Positions 25,907 through 38,980 of a stretch of 64,000 bases of DNA are shown here, piece after piece. Numbering within the stretch: the first letter of the stretch is position 1; every line of letters starts with the position of its first letter. The position numbers were made by a program, and so were the translations under genes. Source of the stretch: Squalus acanthias (taxonomy: Eukaryota); NCBI GenBank assembly GCA_030390025.1, contig CM059432.1:107014001-107078000 (forward strand). Reading direction: 5' to 3'. The notes beneath the pieces were generated by a model that saw only the letters and a list, made by a program, of their open reading frames with translations, was not told the origin of the DNA and searched no databases.

Positions 25907-28773
25907 GTGAGGAACAAAAAACAAAGGGCCAAACTAATTCATAAAAAATGTGAGCATAAAAAAAGCCTGAGGGTTTTATACCTTAATGCGAGAAGCATCA
26001 GGAACAAGGTAGATGAATTAGCTGTGGAAATAGAGGTTAATAATTATGATCTAATTGGGATTACGGAAACATGGTTGCAGGGTGAGCAGGGCTGGGAGCT
26101 TAACATACAGGGGTATTCAGTATTTAGGAAGGATCGACAAAAAAGAAAGGGAGGAGGGGTAGCATTGCTGGTAAAAGAGGGGATAAATGCAATTGAAAGG
26201 AAGGATATTAACTCAGTTAATACAGAATCTATATGGGTGGAGCTAAGAAATAGCGAGGGGCGAAAAACATTAATAGGAGTGGTATATAGGCCTCCAAATA
26301 GTAAAATAGAGGTTGGGGAGGACATCACGAGGGAAATTAGAGAAGCGTGCAATAAGAGCACAGCTGTCATCATAGGTGACTTTAACTTACATATAGATTG
26401 GAATAGCCTAATCAGTAAAAATAATGAGGAGGAGGAATTCCTTGAGTGTTTAAGGGATGGTTATCTGGATCAATATGTCGAGGAACCAACTCGGGAACAG
26501 GCTATATTGGACTGGGTACTGTGCAATGAGAAGGGACTAATTAGTAATCTTTTGTACGGGGACCCTTGGGTCAGAGCGATCATAACATGATCGATTTCTC
26601 ACTCGAAATGGAGAGCGAAGAAATTGACTCAGAGACTAAGGTCCTGAATTTAAACAAGGGGAATTATGATGCCATTAGACGGGAACTGAGTAGGTCTGAT
26701 TGGACAACGTTCCTGGGAGGACTGGAGGTAGATAAACAATGGCAAGCATTTAAAGATAGAATGACAAAATTGCAAAAATTGTTTATACCAATCTGGCATA
26801 AAAGGAAATCTAAAAAGGTGACTCAACCGTGGATAACAGGGGAAATTAGAGACAGCATAAAATCCAAAGATAGGGCGTATAAAATAGCCAAAAAAAGTGC
26901 CAGAGCGGAAGATTGGGAACAGTTTAAGATAGAGCAAAGGAGGACAAAGGGCTTAATCAAGAGGGGCAAAATAGCTTACGAAAGCAAGCTGGCGGAAAAT
27001 ATAAAAACTAACTCCAAAAGCTTTTATAAGTATATCAAGAGGAAAAGACTGGTGAAAACCAAAGTTGGTCCATTGCAGTCAGATACGGGGGAATATATAA
27101 CGGGAAATAAGGAAATGGCAGACCAACTAAATGCATACTTTGGGTCAGTCTTTACGAAGGAAGACACAAAAAACCTCCCTGGGATATCGGGAAAAATAGG
27201 GACATTGGCAAAGGAGGAACTGACGCAAATCAATATCTCTAAGGATATGGTGTTAAGGAAGCTAAAGGGATTGAAGGCGGACAAATCCCCAGGGCCTGAT
27301 AACATGCATCCTAGGGTACTGAAGGAGGTGGCCCTAGAGATAGCGGATGCACTAAGTATGATTTTTCAGAATTCATTAGACTCGGGAACAGTGCCCATGG
27401 ATTGGAGGGTAGCTAACGTTACCCCACTATTCAAAAAGGGGGGTAGGGAAAAAGCAGGTAATTACAGACCTGTAAGCCTTACATCAGTTGTGAGCAAAAT
27501 GCTGGAGTCCATCATTAAGGATGAAATAGCGGAGCACTTAGCAAATGGGGACAGGATAGGACAGAGTCAACATGGATTTACAAAGGGTAAATCGTGCTTG
27601 ACTAATCTATTGGAATTTTTTGAGGGAGTAACTGGTAAAATAGATGGGGGAGAGCCAGTAGATGTGGTGTACCTGGACTTCCAAAAGGCCTTCGATAAGG
27701 TCCCACATAAAAGATTAGCATGGAAAATTGAAGCTCATGGGATAAAGGGGAAAGTATTGACGTGGATAGAGAACTGGCTGTCAGATAGAAAACAGAGAGT
27801 TGGAATAAACGGCTCATTTTCTGAATGGCAGGCAGTAACAAGTGGGGTACCACAGGGATCTGTCCTGGGTCCCCAGCTGTTCACAATTTACATTAATGAC
27901 CTGGATCAGGGAGTCGGATGCAGCATTTCCAAATTTGCAGACGACACTAAACTAGGAGGGGGGGTGGGCTCAGAGGAGGAGACCAGGAAGCTCCAGAGCG
28001 ATTTGGACAGACTGGGTGATTGGGCGGATAAATGGCAGATGCACTATAATGTGGACAAGTGCGAAGTTATCCACCTTGGGTGCAGGAACGGGAGGGCAAA
28101 TTATTATTTAAATGGCAATAAATTGGGAGAGGGGGAAGTACAGAGAGACCTGGGTGTTCTTGTACACCAGTCACTGAAGGCGAGCATGCAGGTGCAACAG
28201 GCGGTCAAGAAGGCAAACGGTATGCTGGCCTTCATAGCAAAAGGGTTGGAATACAGGAACAGGGATACCTTGCTGCAGCTGTACAGGGCACTGGTGAGAC
28301 CACACCTCGAGTACTGTGTACAGTTTTGGTCGCCTCATCTGAGGAAAGATGTTCTTGCCATGGAGGGGGTGCAGCGGCGATTCACCAGGCTGATACCAGG
28401 AATGGCGGGATTGACCTATGAGGAGAGACTATGTAGTTTAGGGATGTACACACTGGAGTTTAGAAGATTGAGAGGGGACCTCATAGAAGTGTATAAAATT
28501 CTGACAGGTCTAGACAGACTAGATGCAGAAGGAATGTTTCCCTTGGCGGGTGAGAACAGAACTAGAGGACATAATTTAAGGATAAGGGCTAAACCATTTA
28601 GGACAGAAATGAGGGGGAATTTCTTCACTCAGAGGGTGGTGAACCTGTGGAACTCATTGCCACAGAGGGCAGTGTACGCCAGCTCATTAAATATATTTAA
28701 GAGGGAATTAGATATATTTCTACAGGCAAAAGGGGTTAAGGGTTACGGAGAGAAGGCGGGGACGGGATACTGA
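25907..28773 (+). pseudogene. CR1 ORF2 (APE endonuclease plus reverse transcriptase), single frameshift at ~26550
   Basis: 227-aa APE ORF plus an open 735-aa ORF with SDHN, QHGF, LDFQKAFDKV, GVPQGS, KFADD. Confidence 0.93.
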
Positions 28774-29399
28774 ATTGGAGGATCAGCCATGATCTCATTA
28801 AATGGCGGAGCAGGCTCGAAGGGCCGGATGGCCTACTCCTGCTCCTATCTTCTATGTATCTATGTATCTATGTAGTTCCCTGTTTTCTCTCTCACTCCTT
28901 TCTTGAACAGCAGGGTTACATTTGCTACCTTTGAATCCACTGGGACTATTCTAGAATCTAGGGAATTCTGGAAGATCAAAACCAATGCATCCACTATCTC
29001 TGTAGCCACCTCTTTTAAAACCCTAGGATGTAGGCTATCAGGTCCAGGGAATTTGTTGAATTTTAGTCCCATTAATTTCTCCAGTACTATTTCCGTACTA
29101 ATACTAATTTCTTTAAGTTCCTCATTCTTGCTAGACCCTTGATTCCTCACTATTTCTGGAATGTTATTTGTGTCTTCTACCGTGAAGACAGATACAGATT
29201 ATTTGTTTAATAATTTATTCTCCTTATTCCCCATTATAATTTCTCCTGTCTCTGCCTCTAAGAGACCCACAATTGCTTTCAGAATTTTTACCTGCACATG
29301 TTCCCATTCTGAATTAAAGCCTTCATAATACAACAAAGGTATAGTAGTATGTACAAACTGCCCATTGCGAGCTGCTGTATGGTACATTGGTGAGCTCTC

Positions 29400-29670
29400 T
29401 TTAGCGAGGTCTTTGACAAGGTCCCACATGGCAAGTTGGTCAAAGAAGTAAAAGTCCAAGGGATCCAAGGGAAAGTGGAAAGTTGGATCCAAAATTGGCT
29501 CAGTGGCAGGAAGCAAAGGGTAATGGTCGACGGGTGTTTTTGTAACTGGAAGGCTGTTTAGAGTAGGGTTCCACAGGGCTCAGTACTAGGTCCCTTGCTT
29601 TTTGTGGTATATATCAGTGATTTAGACTGCAATGTAGGGGACATGATTAAGAAGTTTGCAGATGATACAA
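29400..29670 (+). mobile_element. CR1 RT fragment
   Basis: Runs from FDKVPHG to KKFADD and is truncated at the family B tail. Confidence 0.8.
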
Positions 29671-32600
29671 CTTTTTTTAAATTCATTCCTGGGAAGCGGG
29701 CATCACTGGCGACGCCAGCATTCATTGCTCATCCCTAATTGCCCTTGAGAAGGTGGTGGTGTGCAGCCTTCTTGAACTGCCGTAGTCCGTGTGGTAAAGG
29801 TACTACCACAGTGCTGTTAGGGAGGGAGTTACAGGATTTTGACGCATGGACAATGAAGGAACGGTGATATATTTCCAAGTCAGGATGGTGTGTGACTTGG
29901 AGGTGAACTTGGAGTTGGTGGTGTTTCCATGCGCCTGCTGCCCTTGTCCTTCTAGGTGGTAGAGGTCGTGGGTTTGGGAGGTGATGCCAAAGAAGCCTTG
30001 GCGAGTTGCTGCAGTGCATCTTGTGGATGGTACACACTGCAGCCACGGTACGCCGGTGGTGGAGGGAGTGAGTGTTTAAGGTGGTGGATGAGGTGCCAAT
30101 CAAGCGGGCTGCTTTGTCCTGAATGGTGTCGAGCTTCTTGAGTGTTGTTGGAGCTGCACTCAACCAGGCAAGTGGAGAGTATTCCATCACACTCCAGACT
30201 TGTGCCTTGTAGATGGTGGAAAGGCTTTGGGGAGTCAGGAGGTGAAACACTCACCGCAGAATACCTAGCCTCTGACCTGCTCTTGTTGCCACAGTATTTA
30301 TGTGGCTGATCCAGTTAAGTTTTTGGTCAATGGTTACCCCCAGGATGTTGATGGTGATGGTAATGCCATTGAATGTCAAGGGGAGGTGGTTAGACTCTTG
30401 CTTGTTGGAGATAGTCATTGCCTGGCACTTGTGTGGCGTGAATGTTACTTGCCACTTATCAGCCCAAGCCTGAATGTCATCCAGGTCTTGCTGCATGCAG
30501 GCATGGGCTGCTTCATTATTTGAGGTGTTGCGAATCGAACTGAACACTGTGCAATCATCAGCGAACATCCCCACTTCTGACCTTATGATGGAGGAAAGGT
30601 CATTGATGAAGCAGTTGAAGATGGTTGGGCCTAGGACACTGCCCTGAGGAACTCCTGCAGTGATGTCCTGGGGCTGTGATGATTGACCTCCAACAACCAC
30701 AACCATCTTCCTTTGTGCTAGGTATGACTCCAGCCAATGGAGAGTTTTCCCCCCAATTCCCACTGACTTCAGTTTTACTAGGGCTCCTTCATGCCACACT
30801 CGGTCAAATGCTGCCTTGATGTCAAGGGCAGTCACTCTCACCTCACCTCTGGAATTCAGCTCTTTTGTCCATGTTTGGACCAAGGCTGTAATGAGGTCTG
30901 GAGCCGAGTGGTCCTGGCGGAACCCAAACTGAGCATCAGTGAGTAGGTTATCGGTGAGTAAGTTCCACTTGATAGCACTGTCGACGACACCTTCCATCAC
31001 TTTGCTGATGATTGAGAGTAGACTGATGGGGCTGTAATTGGCCGGATTGGATTTATCCGCTTTTTGTGGTCAGGACATACCTGGGTAGTTTTCCACATTG
31101 TCGAATAGATGCTAGTGTTGTAGCTTTACTGGAACAGCTTGGCTAGAGGCACGGCTAGTTCTGGAGTACAAGTCTTCAGCACAACAGCTAGGATATTGTC
31201 GGGGCCCATAGCCTTTGCTGTATCCAGTGCGCTCAGCCATTTCTTACTATCACGTGGAGTGAATTGAATTGGCTGAAGACTGGCTTCTGTGATGGTGGGG
31301 ACCTCAGGAGGAGGCCGATATGGATCATCCACTCGGCACTTCTGGTTGAAGATGTTTGCAAACGCTTCATACTTGTCTTTTGCACTCGCGTGATGAGCTC
31401 TGCCATTATTGAGGATGGGGATATTCATGGAGCCTCCTCCTCCCATTAGTTGTTTAATTGTCCACCACCATTCACGACTGGATGTTGCAGGACTGCAGAG
31501 CTTTGATCTGATCCGTTGATTGTGGGATCGCTTAGCCCTGTCTATAGCATGCTGCTTCTGCTGTTTAGCATGCATGTAGTCCTGTGTTGTAGCTTCACCA
31601 GGTTGGCACCTTATTTTTAGGCATGCCTGGTGCTGCTCCTGGCATGCTCTTCTACACCCCTCATTGAACCAGGGTTGGTCCCCTGGCTTGATGGTAATGG
31701 TAGAGTGAGGGATATGCCAGGCCATGAGGTTACAGATTGTGGTGGAATACAATTCTGCTGCTGCTGCTGCTGATGTCCAGTTTTGAGCTGCTAGATCTGT
31801 TCTGAATCTATCCCATTTAGCACGGTGGTAGTGCCACACAACACGATGGAGGGTGTCCTCAGTGTGAAGACGGGACTTCGTCTCCACAATGACTGTGCGG
31901 TGGTCACTGCTACCAATGCTGTCATGGGCAGATGCATCTACGACAGGTAGATTGGTGAGGACGAGGTCAAGTAGGTTTTTCCACTTGTGTTGGTTTTCTC
32001 ACCACTGTCGCAGGCCCAGACTGGCAGTTATGTCCTTCAGGACTCGGCCAGTAATGGTGCTACTGAGCCACTCATGGTGATGGACATTGAAGTCCCCCAC
32101 CCAGAGTACATTCTGTGCCCTTACTACCTTCAGTGCTTCTTCCAAGTGGTGTTCAACATGGAGGAGTACTGATTCATCAGTTGAGGGAGGGCGGTAGGTG
32201 GTAATCAGCAAGAGGTTTCCTTGCCCATGCTTGACCTGAATCCATGAGACTTCATGGGGTCCGGAATCACTGTTGAGGACTCCCAGAGCCACTCCTTCCT
32301 GACTGTATACCACTGTGCCACCACCCCTGGTGGGTCTGTCCTGCCGGTGGGACAGGACATACCCAGGGATGGTGATGGAGGAGTCTGGGACATTGGCTGA
32401 AAGGTATGATTCCGTGAGTATGACTATGTCAGGCTGTAAAGGAATGAGCCAAACCTATTCAGAAAAATACACCATCCTATGAACAGAATTCTGATTTTAT
32501 TAAAACATGACCAACTGGGGTTAAAAATCTAAAAGCCTCAACGACACAAGCCGTAAACAGAAATACAGGCTTCTGAGATAAGATGAAGTTGTTAACAAAA

Positions 32601-33103
32601 GCTGTAAACACCATACAGGCTTTTGAGATAAAGATTGGTTATTGACACTGACACAATGGCCTCATTGAAGAAGCAAAGTGTTGGTTCCAAGGAGTCTGTA
32701 GTTTGGAACCAACACAATAGCAATGCCCAAGTAAAGTGTTAAAAACTAACACGTCGAACAGAAAAACAGAACATTAAAAAACCATGTGCCTTTGTAAAAG
32801 TAACATCAAATGAAACAGGAAACAAGATTATATATACAACCAATTTAAGTAGCTAAGAAATGCAAAGAACACCCTAGATGAAGTGTATTTGATTTACAAA
32901 TTGTAAAAGGTACAAACAGGAGACTTTGTAAATATTACATCAATAGATGTACCAAGCAATCACATTGTTTATGTGTTGAACTTGGAACACAAGGAGACGA
33001 GAAGTCTGAAATACAAGCAGTTAAGCCAATATTAAGAAATCAATGGAAGACCTTGCTAAGAATGGCATCAAATAGATACTGCTGTTACATTATTTTTTAT
33101 GAT

Positions 33104-33290
33104 GTGGAGATGCCGGTGTTGGACTGGGGTGGACAAATGTGAGAAGTCGCACACCACCAGGTTATAGTCCAACAGCTTTATTTGAAATCACAAGCTTTTG
33201 GAGCGCTGCTCCTTTGTCACCGCTCCGAAAGCTTGTGATTTCAAATAAAGCTGTTAGACTATAACCTGGTGTTGTGCGACTTCTCACATT
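33104..33290. mobile_element. Penelope-like palindromic terminal fragment
   Basis: ~70-bp inverted arms at 33136-33205 and 33221-33290; flanking 17-bp direct repeat acattattttttatgat (33087 and 33286); remnant of a hammerhead stem II plus GAAA. Confidence 0.75.
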
Positions 33291-33624
33291 ATTTTTTATG
33301 ATAAGTTTTGAAACACCTATACAGCAGACAGGATTCTGAAAGCTAACAGCTGAATTAACAGTAAGAATAGAAAGAAGTCAACAGAAGTATCACTGGAGAT
33401 AATTAGCTTACATCAACAGAAAACTTCAAAGAATATGCCACTGCAAAAAGAGTATAAAAATCGGATTTTGTCTTGGGGTTGTCGTGTTCCCCCCCCGACT
33501 CCAGATTAATGTGGATGAATTATGCAATTTTCACTTAATTGGGCAATTGAGTTCCAGCATGTGGGGACCCATGAACTAATTAGTGGTTTAAGTCTGAAAG
33601 TCGCCTCTGATGATGAGGGAAAGT

Positions 33625-36622
33625 TGCTACGGCTCTTCGGGGGGGTTTAAACTAATTTGTCAGGGGGATGGGAAAAAGGGCTGTAGTCCAGGAGCCAGTG
33701 GTGAGTGTAGGGAGGTACTGAGGAGGGTATCAAGGTCGCAGGAATGTACCGGCAGACAGGAAGGTGGCTTGAAGTGTGTCTACTTCAATGCAAGGAGCAT
33801 CCGGAATAAAGTAGGAGAACTTGGAGCGTGGATTGGTACTTGGGACTACGATGTGGTGGCCATTACGGAGACATGGTTAGAACAGGGACAGGAATGGTTG
33901 TTGGAAGTTCTGGGGTATAGATGTTTCAGTAAGAGTAGGGAAGGTGGTAAGAAAGGTGGAGGAGTAGCATTGTTAATCAAGGATAGTTTAACAGCGGCAG
34001 AAAGGCAGTTCGAGGGGGATCTGCCGTCTGAGGTAATATGGGCTGAAGTTAGAAATAGGAAAGGAGCGGTCACATTGTTAGGAGTTTTCTACAGGCCCCC
34101 AAATAGTAATAGAGATGTGGAGGAAGAAATTGCAAAGCAGATTATGAATAGGTGTGGAGGTCACAGAGTAGTTGTCATGGGTGACTTCAACTTTCCAAAT
34201 ATTGATTGGAACCTTGATAGGTCAAACAGTTCAGATGGGATAGTTTTTGCACAGTGTGTGCAGGAGGGTTTCCTGACACAATATGTGGATAGGCCGACAA
34301 GAGGTGGGGCCACATTGGATTTGGTACTGGGTAATGAACCGGGCCAAGTGTTTGATTTGTATGTGGGAGAGCACTTTGGAGATAGTGACCACAATTCGGT
34401 GACTTTCACTATTGCAATGGAGAGGGATAGGGCCATACGGCAGGGCAGGGTTTATAATTGGGGGGGGGGGGGTAATTATGATGCGATTAGGCAAGAATTA
34501 GGGAGCATAAGATGGGAACAGAAACTATCAGGGAAAGGCACAAATGAAAAGTGGAGCTTTTTCATGGAGCAATTACTGCGTGTCCTTGATAGGTATGTCC
34601 CTGTCAGGCAGGGAGGAAATGGCCGAGTGAGAGAACCATGGTTCACAAAAGAGGTTGAAAGTCTAGTCAAGAGGAAAAAGGAAGCGTATGTAAGGATGAG
34701 AAAACAAGGTTCAGTTGGGTCGATTGAGGGGTACAAGGTAGCAAGGAATGAGCTAAAAAAAGAGCTTAGGAGAGCTAGGAGGGGGCATGAGAAGTCCTTG
34801 GCGGGTCGGATCAAGGAAAACCCCAAGGCTTTTTACTCTTATGTGAGAAATAAAAGAATGACCAGGGTGAGGGTAGGGCCGGTCAAGGACAGTAGTGGGA
34901 ACTTGTGCATGGAGTCAGAAGAGATAGGAGAGGTGATGAATGAATACTTTTCGTCAGTGTTCACCGAGGAGAGGGGCCATGTTTTTGAGGATGAGAGTGT
35001 GATAAAGGTGGATAGGCTGGAGGAGGTAGATGTTCTGAGGGAAGATGTTTTAGCAATTTTGAAGAACCTGAGGGTCGACAAGTCCCCTGGGCCAGATGGG
35101 ATATATCCTAGGATTCTTTGGGAGGCAAGGGAGGAGATTGCAGAGCCTTTGGCTTTGATCTTTGGGTCCTCACTGTCCACGGGAATGGTGCCAGAGGACT
35201 AGAGAGTGGCGAATGTTGTTCCTCTCTTCAAGAAAGGAAATAGGAATGACCCTGGCAATTATAGGCCGGTTAGTCTTACTTCGGTGGTTGGTAAGATAAT
35301 GGAAAAGGTCCTGAGGGATAGGATTTATGACCATTTGGAAAGATGCAACTTAATCTGGGATAGTCAACATGGATTCGTGAAGGGTAAGTCTTGCCTAACA
35401 AATTTGATTGAATTCTTTGAGGAGGTAACTAAGTGTGTAGATGAAGGTAGAGCAGTTGATGTCGTATACATGGATTTTAGTAAGGTGTTTGATAAGGTTC
35501 CCCATGGTCGGCTCATGAAGAAAGTAAGGAGTTGTGGGATAGAGGGAAATTTGGCCGATTGGATAAGTAACTGGCTATCTCATAGAAGGCAGAGGTTGGT
35601 GGTGGATGCAAAATTTTCGGACTGGAGACCAGTTACCAGTGGTGTGCCACAGGGGTCGGTGCTGGGTCCTCTGCTGTTTGTGATTTTTATCAATGACTTG
35701 GAGGAGGGACTAAAGGGTGGATCAGTAAATTTGCTGATGACACCAAGATTGGTGGAGTAGTGGATGAGGTGGAGGGCTGTTGTAGGCTGCAAAGAGACAT
35801 TGATAGGATGCAGAGCTGGGCCGAAAAATGGCAGATGGAATTTAACCCTGATAAGTGCGAGGTGATTCATTTTGGTAGGGCAAATTTGAATAAGGATTAC
35901 AGGGTCAACGGCAGGTTCTGAGGAACGTGGAGGAACAGAGGGATCTGGGGGTTCATATCCACAGATCTCTGAAGGTTGCCACTCAAGTGGATAGAGCAGT
36001 AAAGAAGGCCTATAGTGTGTTAGCGTTTATTAACAAGGGGTTTGAGTTTAAGAACCGTGAGGTTATGCTGCAACTGTACAGGACCTTGGTGAGACCACAT
36101 TTGGAATATTGTGTGCAGTTCTGGTCACCTCACTATAGGAAGGACGTGGAAGCATTGGAAAGAGTGCAAAGGAGATTTACCAGGATGCTGCCTGGTTTGG
36201 GGGGGAGGTCTTATGAGGAAAGATTGAGGGAGCTAGGGCTTTTCTCTTTAGAGCGGAGGAGGATGAGAGGCGACTTAATAGAGGTTTATAAGATGATGAG
36301 GGGGATAGATAGAGTGGATGTTCAGAGACTATTTCCTCGGGTGGATGTAGCTGTTACAAGGGGGCATAACTATAAGGTACATGGGGATGTCCGAGGTAGA
36401 TTCTTTACTCAGAGAGTGGTTGGGGTGTGGAATGGACTGCCTGCTGTGATAGTGGAGTCGGACACTTTAGGAACTTTCAAGCGGTTATTGGATAAGCACA
36501 TGGAGCACACCAGAATGATAGGGAGTGGGATAGCTTGATCTTGGTTTCGGACAATGCTCGGCACAACATCGAGGGCCGAAGGGCCTGTACTGTGCTGTAC
36601 TGTTCTATGTTCTATGTTCTAT
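33625..36622 (+). mobile_element. CR1 LINE, complete ORF2 region with stop and frameshifts
   Basis: 530-aa APE-containing ORF, RT pieces at 35206-36538, (TGTTCTA)n tail. Confidence 0.92.
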
Positions 36623-37282
36623 CATTGCTGCTGCATTGCAGATGAGAGACTGACTGGCTGTTGGTGAGAGAGGACCTGCCTGGCTTTTTGGGGGGCGGGG
36701 GAGGAGAGAGAGAGAGAGAGAATATATATATATATATATATCTGGGGTAGCCTGAGAAGGGCTAGGACTTGTAATTATCCCTTCAAGGCTGTTGCTTGAC
36801 TGGGACAGCTCTCCCATTTTTGGCACAAGTCCCCATATGTTGGTGAGGAGGACTCTGCAGGGTCCGAAGCCGGTGCCGAGGTCAACGCCAGGGGGTCTGT
36901 CCGGTTTCATTCTTATTATTTTGCTTTTTGTAGCAGTTTGTTACAACTGAGTGACTTGCTGGGCCATTTCAGAGGACTGTTAAGAGTCAACCACATTGCT
37001 GTGTGTCTGGAGTCACATATAGGCCAGACCAGGTAAGGACGGCAGATTTCCTTCCCCAAAGGACATTAGTGAACCAGATGTGTTTTTACGACAATCCGGT
37101 AGTTTCATGGTCACCATTACTGATACTAGCTTTTTATTCCAGATTTATTTATTTAACTGAATATAAATTCCCCAGCTGCCATGGTGGGATTATGAACTCA
37201 CATCTCCGGATCATTAGTCCAGGCCTCTGGATTACTAGTCCAGTAACATAACCACTATGCTACCGTTCCCGTGTACCGTTCC

Positions 37283-38015
37283 CTTAGAGTTGGATATTTA
37301 CTGGGGCGGATACATTGGCCGGGTGGGGGCGAAGTTTCAGACGGGTAACTCGGAAGCCTGGGTTTCCCCGCTTGCTGTGGACATTCAGCTCCACAGCATA
37401 CGACTTTTAGCCCTGACAGGTTCCACGCCCAGAAGTCAGGCTGCTTGACAGGATTGGCTTCCAGCCGGGCGGGGTGCACTCTGGAGGAGGCCGCACCCCG
37501 GGGGCGGGTCCGATCCCTGACCCCAGGGGGGGAGGGTCCAATCCCGAAGCGGGGTTCGATCCCCGATGCCAGGGGTCCAATCCCAGGGAGGGGATCAGAT
37601 CCACAACCCTGGGAGTGGGGTGGTCTTTGCATGGTGTGTGGGGTCTGATGGTGGGGGAGTTTGGGGGGGCCAGGAGGAAGCACTCCTGCTCCTCTTGATC
37701 CACAAGGAGTGCTGTGAAGGCAGTTACCATCTCCCTGAGGCTGTCCTCGCCTTGCTACAACCTCGATGCCCAGGAAACCTGGCCGGCCACAGTAGAACCT
37801 GCAAAGCACGTTAAAGCCGATGCTTCCAGCCTCATTAACATATTTAAAATACCAACCCGCCTCGAGGGAGTGGGTTGGCTGCCCGCCCTTTATCCCGCCT
37901 CAGTAAAACCCAGAAGTTGGCGGTTTGGAGCATTCCGATGCATTCGGAATCTTTGCTCATTTAACCCCACACCCGCACCCAATCCCACCCGCTCACCCAT
38001 GTTAAAATTCCCCCC
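37283..38015. mobile_element. GC-rich non-autonomous DNA transposon (Harbinger-like), degenerate
   Basis: Ends in gttaaaattccccc, resembling the other Harbinger-type termini here; left TIR unclear; internal gatccc repeats. Confidence 0.4.
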
Positions 38016-38059
38016 TTATTTTCCAACGAGTATGTTCCCTTATTACTCCTAACAAAATG

Positions 38060-38975
38060 CAGCACCTTTCACATTTATTTATATTGACAGTCATTTGCCA
38101 TTTACACGCCCACTTTGTAAGTTTATTAATGTCTTCTTATATTTTGTCACAGTCTTCCTCAATATTAACTATACCCCCAATGTGTTGTCATCCGCAAATT
38201 TTAAAATTCTATTTCCAATTCCTGAGTCCAAATTATTTATGTAAATGGTGAACAGAAGTCGTCCCAGCACCGATCCCTGTGGAACATCACTTCCCACCTT
38301 CCGCCAGTCTAGGCACCATCAACCCCTACTCTCTGTTTCCTGTTTTGTAGTCAGTTTGCTATCCATTCTGCTATTTGTCCCCCGACTCAACATGCTCTGA
38401 CTTTAGTCATGAGTCTACTATGACTTATCAAAGGCTTTTTGAAAATCCAAGTATATTACATCTACTACATTACTCTTTCTGTTACTTCTTCCAAGAATTC
38501 AATAAGGTAGGTCAAGCATGAACTTTCCTTTTGAAATCCCTGTTAACTATTCTTTATTATATTTTTGATTTCTACATGTTTTTCTGTTACATCTTTGAGT
38601 AAAGATTCCATTATCTTTCATACCACCGACATTAAGCCAACTGGTCAATAGTTCCCTCGACTTGTAATATCTCCCTTTTTAAATATAGGATTAACATTAG
38701 CTGTCCACCAGTCGTCTGGAACTATACTGTTTTCTAATGAATTTTAATAATTACATAATAGCGCCTCTTCCCTAGATTCTTTTAGTTTGCGCGGATGGAA
38801 TCCATCCAGACCTCTCTACTTTAACTAGATTATTAATTAATTCCCCCTTTCTATCTTAAATGTCTTGATATCTTTTTTCATCTCTGTCAATGTCCACCAT
38901 GTTAGTCTCCCTGGTAAATAATGACGCAAATTCATCTGCCATTTCGTTGTCATTACCTGTGAGTTTATCTTCTGC
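38060..38975 (-). mobile_element. Old CR1 RT fragment
   Basis: Degenerate antisense matches to the PQGSVLG and DFQKAFDK coding sequences. Confidence 0.7.
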
Positions 38976-38980
38976 ATGCT

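Larger units (their letters stand above)
24932..28870 (+). mobile_element. Best-preserved CR1 LINE (slightly 5'-truncated)
   Basis: ORF1 and ORF2, HER1-type 3' UTR, (TATCTATG)n tail, TSD TGTA at 24928 and 28871. Confidence 0.95.
23592..29265 (-). mobile_element. Older CR1 ORF2/3' UTR, split by the 24932-28870 insertion
   Basis: Halves rejoin at actggcctgta|gttccctg; TSD TGTA. Confidence 0.85.
32435..36785. mobile_element. Solo LTR (~1.15 kb net) hosting Penelope and CR1 insertions
   Basis: TG...CA ends; TSD AGGC (32431-32434 and 36786-36789); the host LINE rejoins. Confidence 0.8.
29672..37270 (-). mobile_element. Family B LINE, full length with tRNA-derived head, interrupted by the LTR at 32435-36785
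   Basis: APE-RT ORF pieces at 29735-32434 rejoin 36786-37270 across the AGGC duplication; head at 37178-37270. Confidence 0.85.

Noticed and set aside
26566..28773. Retron, DGR or group II intron reverse transcriptase
   Set aside because: APE-RT architecture, esterase ORF1, microsatellite tail and TSD identify a CR1 LINE.
32880..33500. Stop-poor plus-strand frame suggesting a viral gene relic
   Set aside because: It lies within a TSD-bounded solo LTR, is A-rich and has no recognisable motif.
36700..36742. (GA)n(TA)n tract
   Set aside because: Ordinary microsatellite within an LTR.
37178..37270. Functional tRNA genes (also ~23520-23587, 44660-44732, 47395-47470)
   Set aside because: They are contiguous with retroposon bodies, have degraded acceptor stems or a duplicated arm, and so are element heads.
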